Below, piece by piece: positions 1-28,242 of a stretch of DNA of 64,000 nt; position 1 is the first letter of the stretch, and the number at the start of each line of letters is the position of its first letter. Under the pieces are notes generated by a model that worked only from the letters and a program-made list of their open reading frames with translations, had not been told where the DNA came from and searched no databases. Position numbers and translations under genes: made by a program. The stretch comes from the human T2T-CHM13v2.0 reference genome, Homo sapiens, in NCBI RefSeq assembly GCF_009914755.1, contig NC_060934.1; one strand, 5' to 3'.

Positions 1-202
1 TACTCTTGAGCTCAGATTTCTTTTCAAATCAACTTTAACCTCTTCTGAACCAGAAGATATGTAGTAGGAGGGATCACTAGGTGGTGAAAATGCTTTGGAC
101 ATGGAGAATGCAGGTAGGAGACTCCTTCCCAACTACTTAGACTAGGAAGTTAAGGCCTTTGGGAAGCAAAGGATCTGAGAACTGGCTAGGCAGGCAACGT
201 AC

Positions 203-337
203 ATGGCATGTGCAGGCTCCTGACTGCAGAACTTTTAGGATTCAAGGTCAATTTGAGACCACAAAGGTCAGAGATGTTGTGAGGGTCTGGTTTTCTGCAC
301 CAAAGCCTTGGAAAGGCACTTTTCATGCCAACTTTTC
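203..337 (-). pseudogene. Putative decayed exon of a TPR-like gene
   Basis: gatcag| acceptor and |gtacgt donor; EKCLSKALVQ / (1-nt shift) KPDPHNISDLCGLKLTL. Confidence 0.4.
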
Positions 338-593
338 CTGATCATTTAATTTTAAAAATGTTGAGAGCAGGGACAGAATCTGTACTTTCATTGCATTTCC
401 CAAAGATAATCTAGTTAACAATGGGCTAAATGTACAAACAAACCTCCAGCGGTAAATGACACTTTAGGTTAATGTTTAACTTACTAACTCCTAGGAAATG
501 AAGTGTCACCTTGTATTTTTATCACTGATTTTAAGGTTTAAAGCATTTCACACCAATGTTTTTTTTTTATTTCTTCCAATATCCCTATAACTA

Positions 594-3034
<2,441 letters not shown>

Positions 3035-3401
3035 TATGCCAGTTGTGGTGGCTCACACCCATAATCCCAGCACTTTGGGAGGCTGAGGTGGGAGGATTGC
3101 TTGAGCTCAGCAGTTCAAGGCTAGCCTCAACAAATTGCAAAACCCTGTCTCTACGAAAAATACAGAAAATTAGCTGGATGTGGTGGCACATGCCTATAGT
3201 CCCAGCTACTTGGGAGGCTAAGGTTGGAGGATCGTTTGAGCCCAGGAGGTGGAGGTTGCAGCAAGCCAAGACTGGGCCGCTGCACTCCTGCCTGGGCAAC
3301 AAGAGTGAGACTCTATCTCAAAAAATAAAAAATAAAAATAAATAAAAAGATAAACAATAAATAAAACTATACACTTTAAAAAAAAAGAAAAAGAAAAAAG
3401 A

Positions 3402-4747
<1,346 letters not shown>

Positions 4748-6120
4748 CTGAGGTACACAAAACAGAAGAGAACCAAAAACAAAAGCTCAAAATGTTTTAC
4801 CACAACAATTATTTAATATTTCTTCTTCATTTGCTCATTGTATACTCAAAGTTTTGACTATAATGATTTTAGCTTGTAATCTGTATACTGTGAATCCTAA
4901 TGACTGTTAAACAGATTAATATAGAGCTATATTCAACCTATGAGCTCAAAATCAAGTTATCTTGTGTGTAATAGATATTCAATCTTTATTTCATTCTTTC
5001 ATTCAACGTACATTTATTGAGGGCTTTCTAAGGGGCAGGCACTATTCTAGATGCTGAGACTACATCAGTGAACAAAACAGACAAATCCTTGCTTCAGCGG
5101 AGCTGATATTTTAGTGGAGCTTATGTTCATTTATCCAAAAATCTCAAATAATTAATTTTGAAAATGAACTCCACTTGTATGGGGGAAGGGAGAGAAATGA
5201 CAGGAACTCCAAATCATTTGAAAGTTGCAGCATGGTGTAAAAGGCCACCTGATTTGCAATCAGGAGACATTGATGGTAGCCCTAGTTGTATTAATCCTTC
5301 TTGTTATTTTCTTATTCTTAGTTTTCTCATCTGTTAAATAATGACATTGAATTTCATAATCTCAAAAGTCCCTATGGATTAAATGATTGAGCAGTTTATT
5401 ATTCTATGATATGTAACAGGCATTTACTAAATTAACATAAATTTACATACAATGAAATGCACAGATTACAGGGATTTATTTTTTAAAGTAAAGACATGTC
5501 TAATGAGTCATCCTAAACTCCTATACCTTCTGTGGCTGTAGTACTTTATAGAGTTATATATGATGTTCAGAGTAATGGTCCTGAGGCATTACAGGGTGCT
5601 GAATCAGTTAAGAGAATATTCAGTTATGTTCATGAGACTACTTATTAAAGCACGAAAATGGACTGAGGCAATTTAGAGAGATTTCAAACAAAAAGTGTCT
5701 CTCATTAACCCATACTTAATCAGAAGTTCAATTAACCAGTATACTCTGTTCCAAGATTTTACAGTTTTTAGACTTATTTTTCTTTACAACCATGACAATA
5801 TTGCTTCTAAATCCCAGCCATTTCATATGTATACTGCTATAATCAATGGATTATTGCTCCCTCAAACAATATGAAATGCTTCTACCAAAACAATCACTTC
5901 AGAGATAGAAAAACAATTGTTTAAATATGAAACAGACTTGAGTGAGCTAAGATTGTGACTTTTGTTTTAAAACACTCTAGATGTATTCTATCGAATATAT
6001 GTGCAATTAAAAAGCAAATTAAAAATAAGAAATAGCCAGGCATGGTGGCTCACATCTGTAATCCCAGTACTTTGGGAGGCTGAGGTAGGGGAATAGCTTG
6101 AGTCCAGGAGTTCGAGATCA

Positions 6121-6342
<222 letters not shown>

Positions 6343-7893
6343 TTAATAAATAATAGCAGGAAGTCCTCTTCTATTCATTGTACCTGAGAATCTAAAGCTA
6401 AAGAACAATTCCTTGAGATTTTAGTGGATACATAAACTGGTTCAACTCTACAGAGCAATAAAAGAAGATTTAAAAGGGTTTGGTTATGCAATATTTGATT
6501 GTCACATTCAGGGAGAGTTTTAAGCTTGGCCTATATACTAAATCTGTGTACTCATTCATTCTTTTGAACTTATTCCAAAATTACAACTTTCTTTCACAGA
6601 GTACCTCACATTCCACTCATTTTCCTTAAATTGGTAAGGAAATCGTATTTTATTTTATGTATTTATTTATATTTTATTTTATTTTATTTTTTTGAGATGG
6701 AGTCTCACCCTGTCGCCCATGCTGGAGTGCAGTGGCGCAATCTCGGCTCACTGACCTCTGCCTCCTGGGTTCAAGTAATTCTCCTGCCTCAGCCTCCCGA
6801 GTAGCTGGGACTATAGGTGCCCGCCACCACGCCCGGCTGATTTTGTATTTTTAGTAGAGACGGGGTTTCACCATATTGGCCAGGCTGGTCTTGAACTTCC
6901 GACCTTGTGATCCACACCCGCCCCCCCCTCCCCCCACCCGGCCTCCCAAAGTGCTGGGATTACAGGAGTGAGCCACCATGCCCGGCCTGTGTATTTATTT
7001 TTGAGACATAGTCTGGCTCTGTCGCCCAGGTTGGAGTGCAGTGGCGCAATCTCAGCTCACCTCCTGGGCTCAAATGAATCTCCTGCCTCAGCCTCCTGAG
7101 TAGCTGGGACTACAGATGTGAGCCACCACACCCGGATAATTTTTTTTATTTTTTATTTTTAGTAGAGACGGGGTTTCACCATGTTGACCAGGCTGGTCTT
7201 GAACTCCTGACCTCAGGTGATCCACCTACCTCAGTCTCCCAAGGGGGAAATCTTATTTCTTTGACCATGAACATCTCCTCAGAAATTATCATTGCCCACA
7301 ATAGCATTTCCATTTTGTGAAAAAGCTAGAACCCTAATATCCTCCTTTCATGTCACTCTCTTTTGTCTTTTATCAGTTACTTCCTTTCATTGGTCATTTA
7401 AGTCAATCTTTTAGAAACGTTATGTTTTATTCCTTTCTCTCTCCTGGTTCTCCTTTACTTCTCACTCTTTTGTTTATTAATTATTATTTTAAAGAGACAG
7501 GGGTCTCCCTATGTTGCCCAGGCTGGTCTGAACTCCTAGACTCAAGCAGTCCTCCTGCCTTGGCTTCCCAAAGTGCTGGGATTATAGGCGTGAGCCACCG
7601 CACCCAGCCCGCTTCTCAGTCTTTTAAAACACCTTTCCTCATTATTCAAACTAACAACCTAAACATTTGTATTGAGGACATAACACACACCCAACAATGT
7701 GTGTGGTGAGTGTTCAAGGGATAGGTGTGATCTGGGCTTAGAGCTTGCAGTCAAAGAGCTCACAGTCTAGTTAGGGAGATAGCAAACATATCAGAAAAAA
7801 CAAGACAACAAGAAAAACATTAACAGTAAACCACAGGGCTCTGGCTGCCAGTGTAACTCAGGAGTTCAGAAAACCAAGCAGCTAGAAGAGTCA

Positions 7894-8022
<129 letters not shown>

Positions 8023-8252
8023 CTACTAAAAAATACAAAAATTAGCCGAGTGTGGTGGCAGGCACCTGTAATCTCAGCTACTTGGGGGGCTGAGACAGGA
8101 GAATCACTTGAACTTGAACCCGGGAGTCGGGGTTGCCGTGAGCCAAGATCGCATCATTGAACTCCAGCCTGGGTGACAAGAGTGAAATTCTGTCTCAAAA
8201 AAAAAAAAGAAAAGAAAAGAAAGCCACACAATCATCTGCCAGGAAATCTTAC

Positions 8253-9001
8253 ACAAATCTACCAAGGTGTACATTCTTGTTTCATCTGGAGCCTGAGGGC
8301 AGCTATTAATATGAAGGGAAAGCAACCAGGCAACCAGATAGATTGGTAAATTTGTGTAAATATATCTTTTTTTTTCTAGCCATATTAATTTGGCTGGATC
8401 ATCAAACATGCCATTGAAAAAGATGTGTCTAGTTACAAATATCAGAAGAGCCTGTGTGTGAATGCTTGTGTGTGTGTGTGAGAGAGAGAGAGACAGAGAG
8501 AGAGACTTCACCAGGTGGGAACAAATCCAAAGGTGCATACTCAGAACACTACTACAGCGATCCAACCCTGCTCCACCAACATAAACCGATGTGTCATTGG
8601 GTATAAATATCCTTATTAAAGAGATCAGATCTATTGATTAATGCCAGACTCATGGGTACCATATAAAACAGAACACTTTCCAAGAGATATCTGACAGTGC
8701 CTTGTACCCCAGATAGACGTGTGTTTATCAAGTCACACAGTGACTTGGAGACCGCCATAGTTTTACCCTGACCAAGACTGTCATAGAGCTTGGCTTCTAA
8801 CCTCAGCAGAAGGCTTGCTCATGTCCATGCACTTAGTCGGTTTATTCTAGTTTCACGAAGTGGAGGTTTTTGATTTCTAATCTGGCACAGATGCTCCATC
8901 CCGTGCCTTCTCCAGGGATGTTTTCTGAGATCATCCAGGTTTTACCAGGTTTTATGGGGCGAGAACCCGTCCTCACTTAAAAAGTAAGGAAGTTATGCCC
9001 C
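8253..9001 (-). pseudogene. Putative decayed large exon (or two exons) of a TPR-like gene
   Basis: ENIPGEGTGWSICARLEIKNLHF; ASLLLRLEAKLYDSLGQGKTMAVSKSLCDLIN; LGKCSVLYGTHESGINQ; IPNDTSVYV; open 199-nt segment 8451-8253 ending T|gtaaga. Confidence 0.55.
8453..8505. repeat. (TG)n(AG)n microsatellite
   Basis: Seen directly. Confidence 0.9.
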
Positions 9002-9310
9002 CTGCAGGACAAATCGGTAACTGCAGGCTCGGTGATCTGCGAGGACAGTGTTCTGTGCCTTTTGGAGCACTATATTGTTTCTCTCCACAATGTGGCGCTG
9101 CTGTTCTAAGTGTCATTTTAGGGCCAGTTTAGGGTAGGAAAGAGGGTGACAGCAAGAATTAGAAGGTGTAGGGGAGGGCGCCAGGGAAGTAGGGAAAGGA
9201 GATGTTAGGAAGAAAGCTGGTGGGCTACTTCTGCCAGATAGGGCTTCCCTAGCACCCCAAATCTGATCCATTGCAATTAGGAAAGTTATCTCCTAGTCCA
9301 AGGAATTTAT

Positions 9311-9450
9311 CCAGTAGTTCCCAAATCTGGCTGACTGGCAGAATCACCAGGAGAACATTTTTAAAGATACAGATTCCCAGATTTTATCCCAAGAATCTCT
9401 GATTCATAAATTTTGAGAGGAGCGCAGTCATCTGTCTTTTTAAAAAGCTT
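9311..9450. mobile_element. MER5-like hAT fragment
   Basis: cagtagttcccaaa...agaatcaccagg...tacagattccc. Confidence 0.6.
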
Positions 9451-9728
9451 TTTCAGAAGATCATCAGTGTGTTGTTTATCTAAGATTTAGAAGCGAAAAA
9501 ATATTTTAAGGGGAAACCAGTCCTAGTCCTCTCAGGACTCTGTGAATACAACTTCTTTTTTTTTTTTTTTTTTTTTTTTGAGACAGAGTCTCATTCTGTC
9601 GCCCAGGCTGGAGTGCAGTGGCTCCATTTCTGGTCACCGCAAACTCTGCCTCCTGGGTTCAAGCGATTCTCCTGCTTCAGCCTCCTGAGTAGCTGGGATT
9701 ACAGGCGCCCACCACGATGCCCAGCTAA

Positions 9729-9917
<189 letters not shown>

Positions 9918-9950
9918 TAGTGGTCCTGAGTGCCATGACCTTTCCATCTA

Positions 9951-10201
<251 letters not shown>

Positions 10202-10207
10202 TTTTGA

Positions 10208-10360
<153 letters not shown>

Positions 10361-10574
10361 TAGTTTTTAGTAGAGACAGGGTTTCTCCATGTTGGTCAGG
10401 CTGATCTCGAACTCCCAACCTCAGGTGATCTGCCTGGCTCTGCCCCACAAAGTGCTGGGATTATAGGCGTTGAGCCACCGCGCCCAGCCATAAATGTTTA
10501 TTTTCAAAGCAACTAGAACCAGTTTGTTTCCTTCCTGAGATAATTATCCACTTGGTAATTGTAATAAATAATAA

Positions 10575-11044
<470 letters not shown>

Positions 11045-11199
11045 GAAATATACTCAACTCTTAACAGTAAATACCTCTGGAGAATGGAACTGGGAAAAGA
11101 ACAGCATTCCATTTTTATTTTACATGCCTCTGATTTTTTTTTAAACAACTAGAATATATTATTTTTTCTCTTCTCCCCACCAAATCAAATACAGATATT

Positions 11200-12160
11200 A
11201 GATAGATGGCAATGATGAAGGCACAGTTGTTTAATCTCTCCAAATTCCCATATCAAAACTGGGAGAGCAACTAGATAACAAACCCAAAATCCCTGGACCA
11301 CATTTTGCAAAACTAGGTGACAAGGTATCCCTAGGAATCCCATATGCAAGCAGGTGAAACTCAATACCCACAAGCTCTGTACCATTTCAGCATCTGCATG
11401 GGAAAAGCAAAGGAAGCAACAGGACAGCTGACAGACCCCCAACTGGAGAACTCCAAAAGAGCCAACGGGAAAGTGAGGTGGGTCAATCTGAAAACAAGAG
11501 GTAGAACTGGAGGAGTTTGGCCTAATCCTATTAGTGGGTGAGTGCGTGTGGGGCCCATGAGTCTGGCTAGAGCAATCCAGCCCCTAGAAACCCATGAAAC
11601 TGACCAACCAGGGCCCCATTTCAGGTCATGGCCACACACTGAAGAAAAACGTCCAGATGTAGAGTCAAAATTAAGCAGGACTGGGATAAAAAAAGGCCAA
11701 TAAAAGAGGTGTTCAGATTAGGCGGGGGAGGAAAGCAACAATATCAGAGTCACAGAAAGCAAGCCATCATATTTTTAAACACTACACTCCTATTTCCTAA
11801 AATTTCAGGAAGCCAACCTCATAGAAATAAGCAACAGAAAAGTATCAAGATTAAATCTAATAAAAGTTATTATGAGGAAAAGGAGAATAAGAGGCAGAAT
11901 AGTTTCTACAGGCAATGAAAGCATATTAGAAACAGAGTAAAACTCTACAATTTCTTGCTTTGAAACCAACTGGAAAACCCTTTTTAAATGATATAAGACA
12001 TAAAAGAATAGTAAAAACCAGAAACAGACAAACGCAGAAATAAAGTGACAGAACTCAGGAAATAATTAGAAAGAAAATAATTTCAAAAATAAAGACAAAC
12101 TATCAGAAACACCACAGTGAATAGGCACAACAAATAATGTCTTAAGAAAAATAGGAGGTG
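11200..12160 (+). mobile_element. Ancient L1M-like 5'/ORF1 fragment (boundaries approximate)
   Basis: A-rich, ORF1-like degenerate sequence; weak recognition. Confidence 0.45.
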
Positions 12161-12616
12161 AAGGCCGGGCGCTGTGGCTCACACCTGTAATCCCAGCATT
12201 TTGGGAGGCCTAGGCGGGTGGATCACCTGAGGTCAAGAGTTTGAGACCAGCCTGGCCAACATGGTGAAATCCTGTCCTTACTAAAAATACAAAAATTTGC
12301 TGGGCATGGTGGCACGTGCCTGTAATCCCAGCTACTTGGGAAGCTGAAGCGGGAGAATCACTTGAACCCAGGAGGCGGAGGTTGCAGTGAGCCGAGATTG
12401 TACTCCAGCCTGGGTGACAAGAGTGAAACTCTGTCTCAAAAAAAAAAAAGAGAGAAATAGAAGGCAAAAAACAGGGAACATTTAAAAAACAAAAAAGAGC
12501 TGGGTATGGTGGCTTACACCTGTAATCCCAGCATTTTGGGAGGCTGAGGCGGGAGAATCACTTGAGCACAGGAGTTCGAGACCAGCCTGGGCAACATAGG
12601 GAGACCACATCTCTCT

Positions 12617-12688
<72 letters not shown>

Positions 12689-13067
12689 TAACTGAGCATG
12701 ATGGCATGTGCCTGTAGTCTGAGCCACTTGGGGGGCTGGGGTGAGAGGTTCACCTGAGCCCAAGGAGATCAAAGCTTCAGTGAGCTATGGTTGTGCCGCT
12801 GCACTTCAGCCTGGGAGATAGAGCAAGACCTGTCTCAAAAAAGTAAATAAATAAATAGAAAATAACCCAAAAAGAAATAGATTAAAGGGAAAGTGGCAAA
12901 TATTGAAGATAAAATAAGAACAGCCAACGTATGGACAATGAAAGATCTTTAATCTCATTGCTGGGAGAGGTCCCGACTATCTTTCATGCATAACAGTTTA
13001 AGAATTTTAACTTTTTTCTTTTTTTTCTTTTAGACAGAATCTCGCTCTGTCGCCCAGAATCAAGTGA

Positions 13068-13476
<409 letters not shown>

Positions 13477-13647
13477 TGAACTGCTGGCCTCAAATGATCC
13501 ACCCGCCTTGGCCTCCCAAAGTGCTGGGATTATAGGTGTGAGCCACCACATCTGGCCTGATTTTAGCTTTTTATTTTCACCTACACTAAAAAAAGTTTAA
13601 AAATTTATTCAATGGTCTGAAGTTTTTTCACTGATTAAAACTCAAAC

Positions 13648-13997
13648 CCCCATTTTCTAGAAAAGTATCCTGTAGCTAGTTGCAAAAATAAACGTGCAAG
13701 ATGCAGAGAATAATATGCATCAGGATCATCCTCTATATCTTGGGGCTGATTGAGATTTTATGGGTCCTGAAGCTTATACAATTTAAGGAACACTCTTTAA
13801 GAAAAAGAATACAAAAATATCTTTAATTCCTAGCTGGGTTTTATTGGGCTCCCCTATGTCAGATACATAATCGACCATTGGAAAGTCATGATCACAGCTG
13901 TCAGAACACTCAGGGATATAATAATGTGTCAAAGTGTATGTAAAGCAGGAAGAGTCAGCAGCTATAAATACTCTCTCACAGTAGCAATCAGGAGAAA
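13648..13997 (-). pseudogene. Putative decayed exon of a TPR-like gene
   Basis: Polypyrimidine tract + ttag| acceptor; SPDCYCERVFIAADSSCFTYTLTHYY... then, in a shifted frame, RVFLKLYKLQDP*NLNQPQDIEDDPDAYYSLHLARLFLQL; donor uncertain. Confidence 0.55.
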
Positions 13998-14517
13998 CTA
14001 ATAAAGAGAACGAAGAAGAAAATAGCGATTGGCACCCCACCATGCCAGTCTTCCCAGCTTCATCCCCAGATCTCTTTACCTGCCTCACCGCCGCAATCTC
14101 CATCTTCACCCCCTAACTGCACCCCTCCCTTCCTCTGTGCTCTCACTGTACAGCCAATTGCCTGTTTACTCCATGGAATCACCTTAAGGATAAGAATTGT
14201 GTACTGTTGACTGTTGTCTCTCCAGAGCCTAACAGTTCCTAAGCACGTAACAGGTGCTCAATAACTATTCATAGAATGTAATGAGATCTTCTGGTACCTC
14301 AGCTCCTTACTTTTACATTTGCTGTGCTTTCAGCATAGCTTTTCTGGAGTGTGCTATAATTCAGGAAAAGAAAATATCCTTCCTTTCTGAAATTTTTTTT
14401 TTTTAATTTTTTTGTAGAGATGAGGTCTTACTATGTTTCCCAGGCTGGTCTGAAACTCCTGGGCTCAAGCGATCAAGTGATCCTCCCACCTCAGGAGTGC
14501 TGGGATTCCAGGCCTAA

Positions 14518-14649
<132 letters not shown>

Positions 14650-14652
14650 TGA

Positions 14653-14859
<207 letters not shown>

Positions 14860-14954
14860 TAATAAGTTTTTGCTCAACCCAAGATTTCATATAAGAAAAA
14901 AAACCCAATAACTTAAAATTCCTCAAAATTATGAGCTTTTGCTCTTTGAAGTTT

Positions 14955-16532
<1,578 letters not shown>

Positions 16533-16558
16533 TCAAAAAATAAAATAAAATGAAATAA

Positions 16559-18185
<1,627 letters not shown>

Positions 18186-18406
18186 GACCTTCAAGCAGTC
18201 TGGAAAGAGAGCAGCCAGTTCTCTACTTAAATGTTTTCAGAAAAGATTCCACCATTTTTCTGACAATAAAAATGAAGTCCAGTGTCCAATAATATTTAGT
18301 TGTCAGAATGGTTCTCCTAATATCCAACCTAATCCTTCCCAAAGCAATTTCTGTCCTGTCTCTTCTCATTTGTCTGGTGCTCAATGGAATAATTAAATTG
18401 GCTTAC

Positions 18407-19015
<609 letters not shown>

Positions 19016-19060
19016 CTGAAATTCCAGTGAATTTCAACCTTCCAGAAGAAGGTTGAATGA

Positions 19061-19462
<402 letters not shown>

Positions 19463-19548
19463 TAGGAGGCCAGGAGGGAGATCACTAGAGCCCAGGAGTT
19501 TGAGACCAGCCTGGGCAACACAGGGAGATCCCCCTGCCATGGTCTCTA

Positions 19549-19824
<276 letters not shown>

Positions 19825-19859
19825 TCAGTTTTGTTAAACAGTATAGCACTATTGTTAGA

Positions 19860-22520
<2,661 letters not shown>

Positions 22521-23530
22521 GTAATATCTATTAACACTTTAAGTATATATATTCACAAGTTTTAGGTGGCCAAGTGAACACATACAGTTTTTCCCTCTCA
22601 CTACAGGAACCCCACCCTATTATAATGATGACAAATAACATAGAAATAAATAAAACTTAGAGTGGTGAAAAAAAATGAAGGGGCCCATCAGCAAATGAAG
22701 ATTTCAACCAACTTTTTGAAGTTAGAGATAAGGAAAGGGTAATGAAGCCAAGAAGAAGCAGCTACTGCCTAGGGTTTTTGTGGAGGGGGTGGCAGCCAAG
22801 GACACTGGGTAGTCCCCAGGATCCAGGAGGAGCTTTTAGCTGGAGGCCCCACATACAACAGAGGGAGCAAATGAGATGTGGGAGTTACTGATTAAAAGTC
22901 TGTACATAGAACAGCTGGCCCATCAATTTCGCTCTCCCTTCATCAGCCAAGCACCTGCCCCTCCAGTAAATAATTGATGAGTTCTCCTCAAAATAACTCA
23001 AATGGCTCAATAAGAAAGGGCTCAATACCCAGAATGCAGGCTCTGGCATCACAGAACTTTCTTTCATCTGTTGAATGGGATTTGACCACCCAGATAAAAA
23101 GTTCCAAAGTGATAAAATCTGAGATTATACAACATCTGAATGTGAGTAAAAGGTTTGCTGCAGGGTTTGGGGGTGTATTTTGGTTGTTGTTATTGTTGTT
23201 GTTTTGAGATAGGGTCTCACCCTGTCTCCCAGGCTGCAGTACAGTGGTATAATCTTGGCTCACTGCAGCCTTGACTTCCCAGGCTCCAGCGAACCTCCCA
23301 CCTCAGCCTCCCAAGTAGTTGGGACTACATGCGCGAGTCACCATGCCAGACTAACTTTTGTATTTTTGGTAGACAGAGAGTTTTGCCATATTGATTAGGC
23401 TGGTCTCAAACTCCTGAGCTCAAGTTTTCCACCCGCCTTGGCCTCCCAGTGCTGGGATTACAGGTGTAAGCCACTATGACCGGCCCGTTGGAGTTTTTAG
23501 AGTGAAATATTTAAAGGTTTATGTCCTATA

Positions 23531-24879
<1,349 letters not shown>

Positions 24880-26103
24880 TAATTCTGAGTAGAGGTCAGT
24901 TACCATGAAAGAGGATCATTGCCACAAGTTATATTATTCAACATTAAACTGCCTCAGCCAGGTGTCACTTATTGAAGTTGATGCAGTCCTTTTTGGTTGT
25001 GCAAAGACACACTCGGCTTCTATCTACTACTCTAGGGCTTCTAGATTCTCTAAATCTTTTTCTCCTTGTCATCTATTTTAGAGCTCATTTTGCTATCTCG
25101 TGTTTCTCCTTTCTGCTCTCACTATTCTTCTTTTGAAAAAAAATACATAGAATATTCAGGAAACAGGAGAAGCCCAACTTGACAGAGACACTATTTTCCT
25201 CTCTGTCATTCTCTCTCTCATCCAAATTTCCAGGGAAGGAAACCTGATTGGCTCAGCTGGGGAGAGTACCCACTTAGTTACCCACTTAGTTACATCATTT
25301 ATGGTCAGGGCTGAGGTCATGTGGTACAAAATTACTGCCAGAGGCCCCCCACTGGAGGTTAGATAGCCTATAAACTGCCCATGAGCTGGGCAGACACTCC
25401 AAAAGCACTCTGCTATTAGTTGTAATAATTCAATGAATACCCTTGTGTATAATCTTTATAAACATCATATGATTACTTCCTTAAAATAAATTCCTAAAGG
25501 TGGAATTTTTGGGTCAAAGTGTATTAATATGATTAAAGTTTTAAATTCATGTTATCAAATTCATCTCAAAAGCATTGGATTAATTCACACTCCTATTAGC
25601 AGTATATAAAATAGCCATTTGACAACACAATATTGGATCTTATTTTTTTAAATCTTTGCCAATTTGATGAGTTAGGTGATGTCTTGTTATTTTAATCTTC
25701 CTTTTATAATCAGTAAAGGTAAATTTTTTTTTTTTTGAGACAATGTCTCACTCTGTCACCTAGGCTGGAGTGCAGTGGCACAATTTTGTCTCACTGCAAC
25801 TTCCACCCTCTGGGGTTCAAGTGATTCTCCTGCCTCAGTCTCCCAAGTAGCTGGGATTACAGGCAGCTGCCACCATGCCCAGCTAATTTTTTGTATTTTT
25901 AGTAGAGACAGGGTTTCTCCATGTTGGCCAGGCAGGCCTCGAACTCCCGATCTCACGTGATCCTCCCACCTCGGCCTCCCAAAGGGTTGAGATTACAGGA
26001 GTGAGCCACCACTCCCGGCCAAGGTAAATAGTTTCATCTGCTTCTCAGGTGTTTTTTATTTCTGACTTTTGAAGAGCCTATCCATATGAATTTGCCATTT
26101 TAA

Positions 26104-26370
<267 letters not shown>

Positions 26371-26926
26371 TAATCCACCCGCCTCATCCTCCCAAAGTGC
26401 TGGGATTATAGGCGTGAGCCACCGTGCCCGGCCCAAAAATATTTACTTTCAACGTACATATTAAAGATATATTTCCATTAGTCTATTTTGTTTATAGAAA
26501 GGTTTTTTTAATGCCAAGTTAAATTTAAAATGACACGTTTACCTAAATGTTAATTGTCCTCAAATCAACTTTAATAACACATTTAAAAAATACTCTAGAG
26601 AACAATAGATTCAATATTAGCAAATGAATCTTGCATACTTAGTGAGTATGAAGCACCAAATATTCAATCACAGTGTCCTTCATTATACTAAATAGCTAAT
26701 TCAATACTCTTCTATTCACTGCCATATTCAGTCTTTGTCTTTTTTCACCCAGATTTCTGCAACTGGCCCTAAATTGTCTCTGCCTCCAATCTCATCCTCA
26801 TCTAAGCCATTTTTCATCACTGCCAAAAAATAAGTCTTCTAATGTATACATTTTATATTACATGTCTGCTTAAACCCTTTGATGGTTTCCAATTGCCTTC
26901 ATGATGATAAAACCCAAACTCCTTAG

Positions 26927-27121
<195 letters not shown>

Positions 27122-27948
27122 TGAGCAGCTGGGATTACAGGTGCCCGCCACCATGCCTGGATAATTTTTGTATTTTTAGTAGAGACGGGGTTTCACCATG
27201 TTGGTCAGGCTGGTCTCGAACTCCTGACCTCAGGTGATCCGCCTGCGTTGGCCTCCTAAAGTGCTGGGATTACAGGCGTGAGTCACTGTGCCCGACCTGC
27301 CTTTCTTCTCCCTCCCTGTTCCACATACTGCAGCCACAATGGGCTAATAGTTCTCCAATGTACCCTGTTGCTTCACACATTTGTAATACCTTTTGTTATT
27401 CCCTCTATATGAAACCCCCTTCCTTTTTTTCACTACTGATGAACTCTTATTTCATTTTGTTTTAGACTTAACCAAGTCTCTTCATCTTCTAGGAGGTCTC
27501 TCTGCCTCTCCCCTGTTCCTTTGGGTACACCGCCTACAAGCTCCCAAGGCACGCCATGCATATCTCTCCCTTGGCAATTTTGAATGTTTACTAGTCTGTT
27601 CTTCCAGGGAACTATCAATGTGGTGGTAGCCTCCTCTATCACTGATTCAGAGTCTTACACAGGGCCTGACACATCATAGGCTATTACATTTTTGCCAATT
27701 AAATAGACACATTCATGCACCATATTTTCTTAGGGAAAAGTACAACAAAGCAAATGTGCCACTATCAAAGTTTTAAATAGAGAATAAAGTGTCAGGGCAT
27801 TAATAATAATAACTTAAAACAGTACTATCTCTAAGGATACTCAGTATATTGCTTTTCTGCCCTCTAGCTTAATTTTCACATTTTTATGTCTAAAAGAATA
27901 ACACTAAGCAAACACCTTTGGAAGATGAACTAGGATAGAAGAATATTA

Positions 27949-28242
<294 letters not shown>

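Noticed and set aside
8729-8747. Estrogen response element
   Set aside because: Half-sites are AAGTCA with a 5-nt spacer, not AGGTCA-n3
9085-9098. CTCF-like motif CCACAATGTGGCGC
   Set aside because: Mismatches at core positions; not supportable without ChIP data
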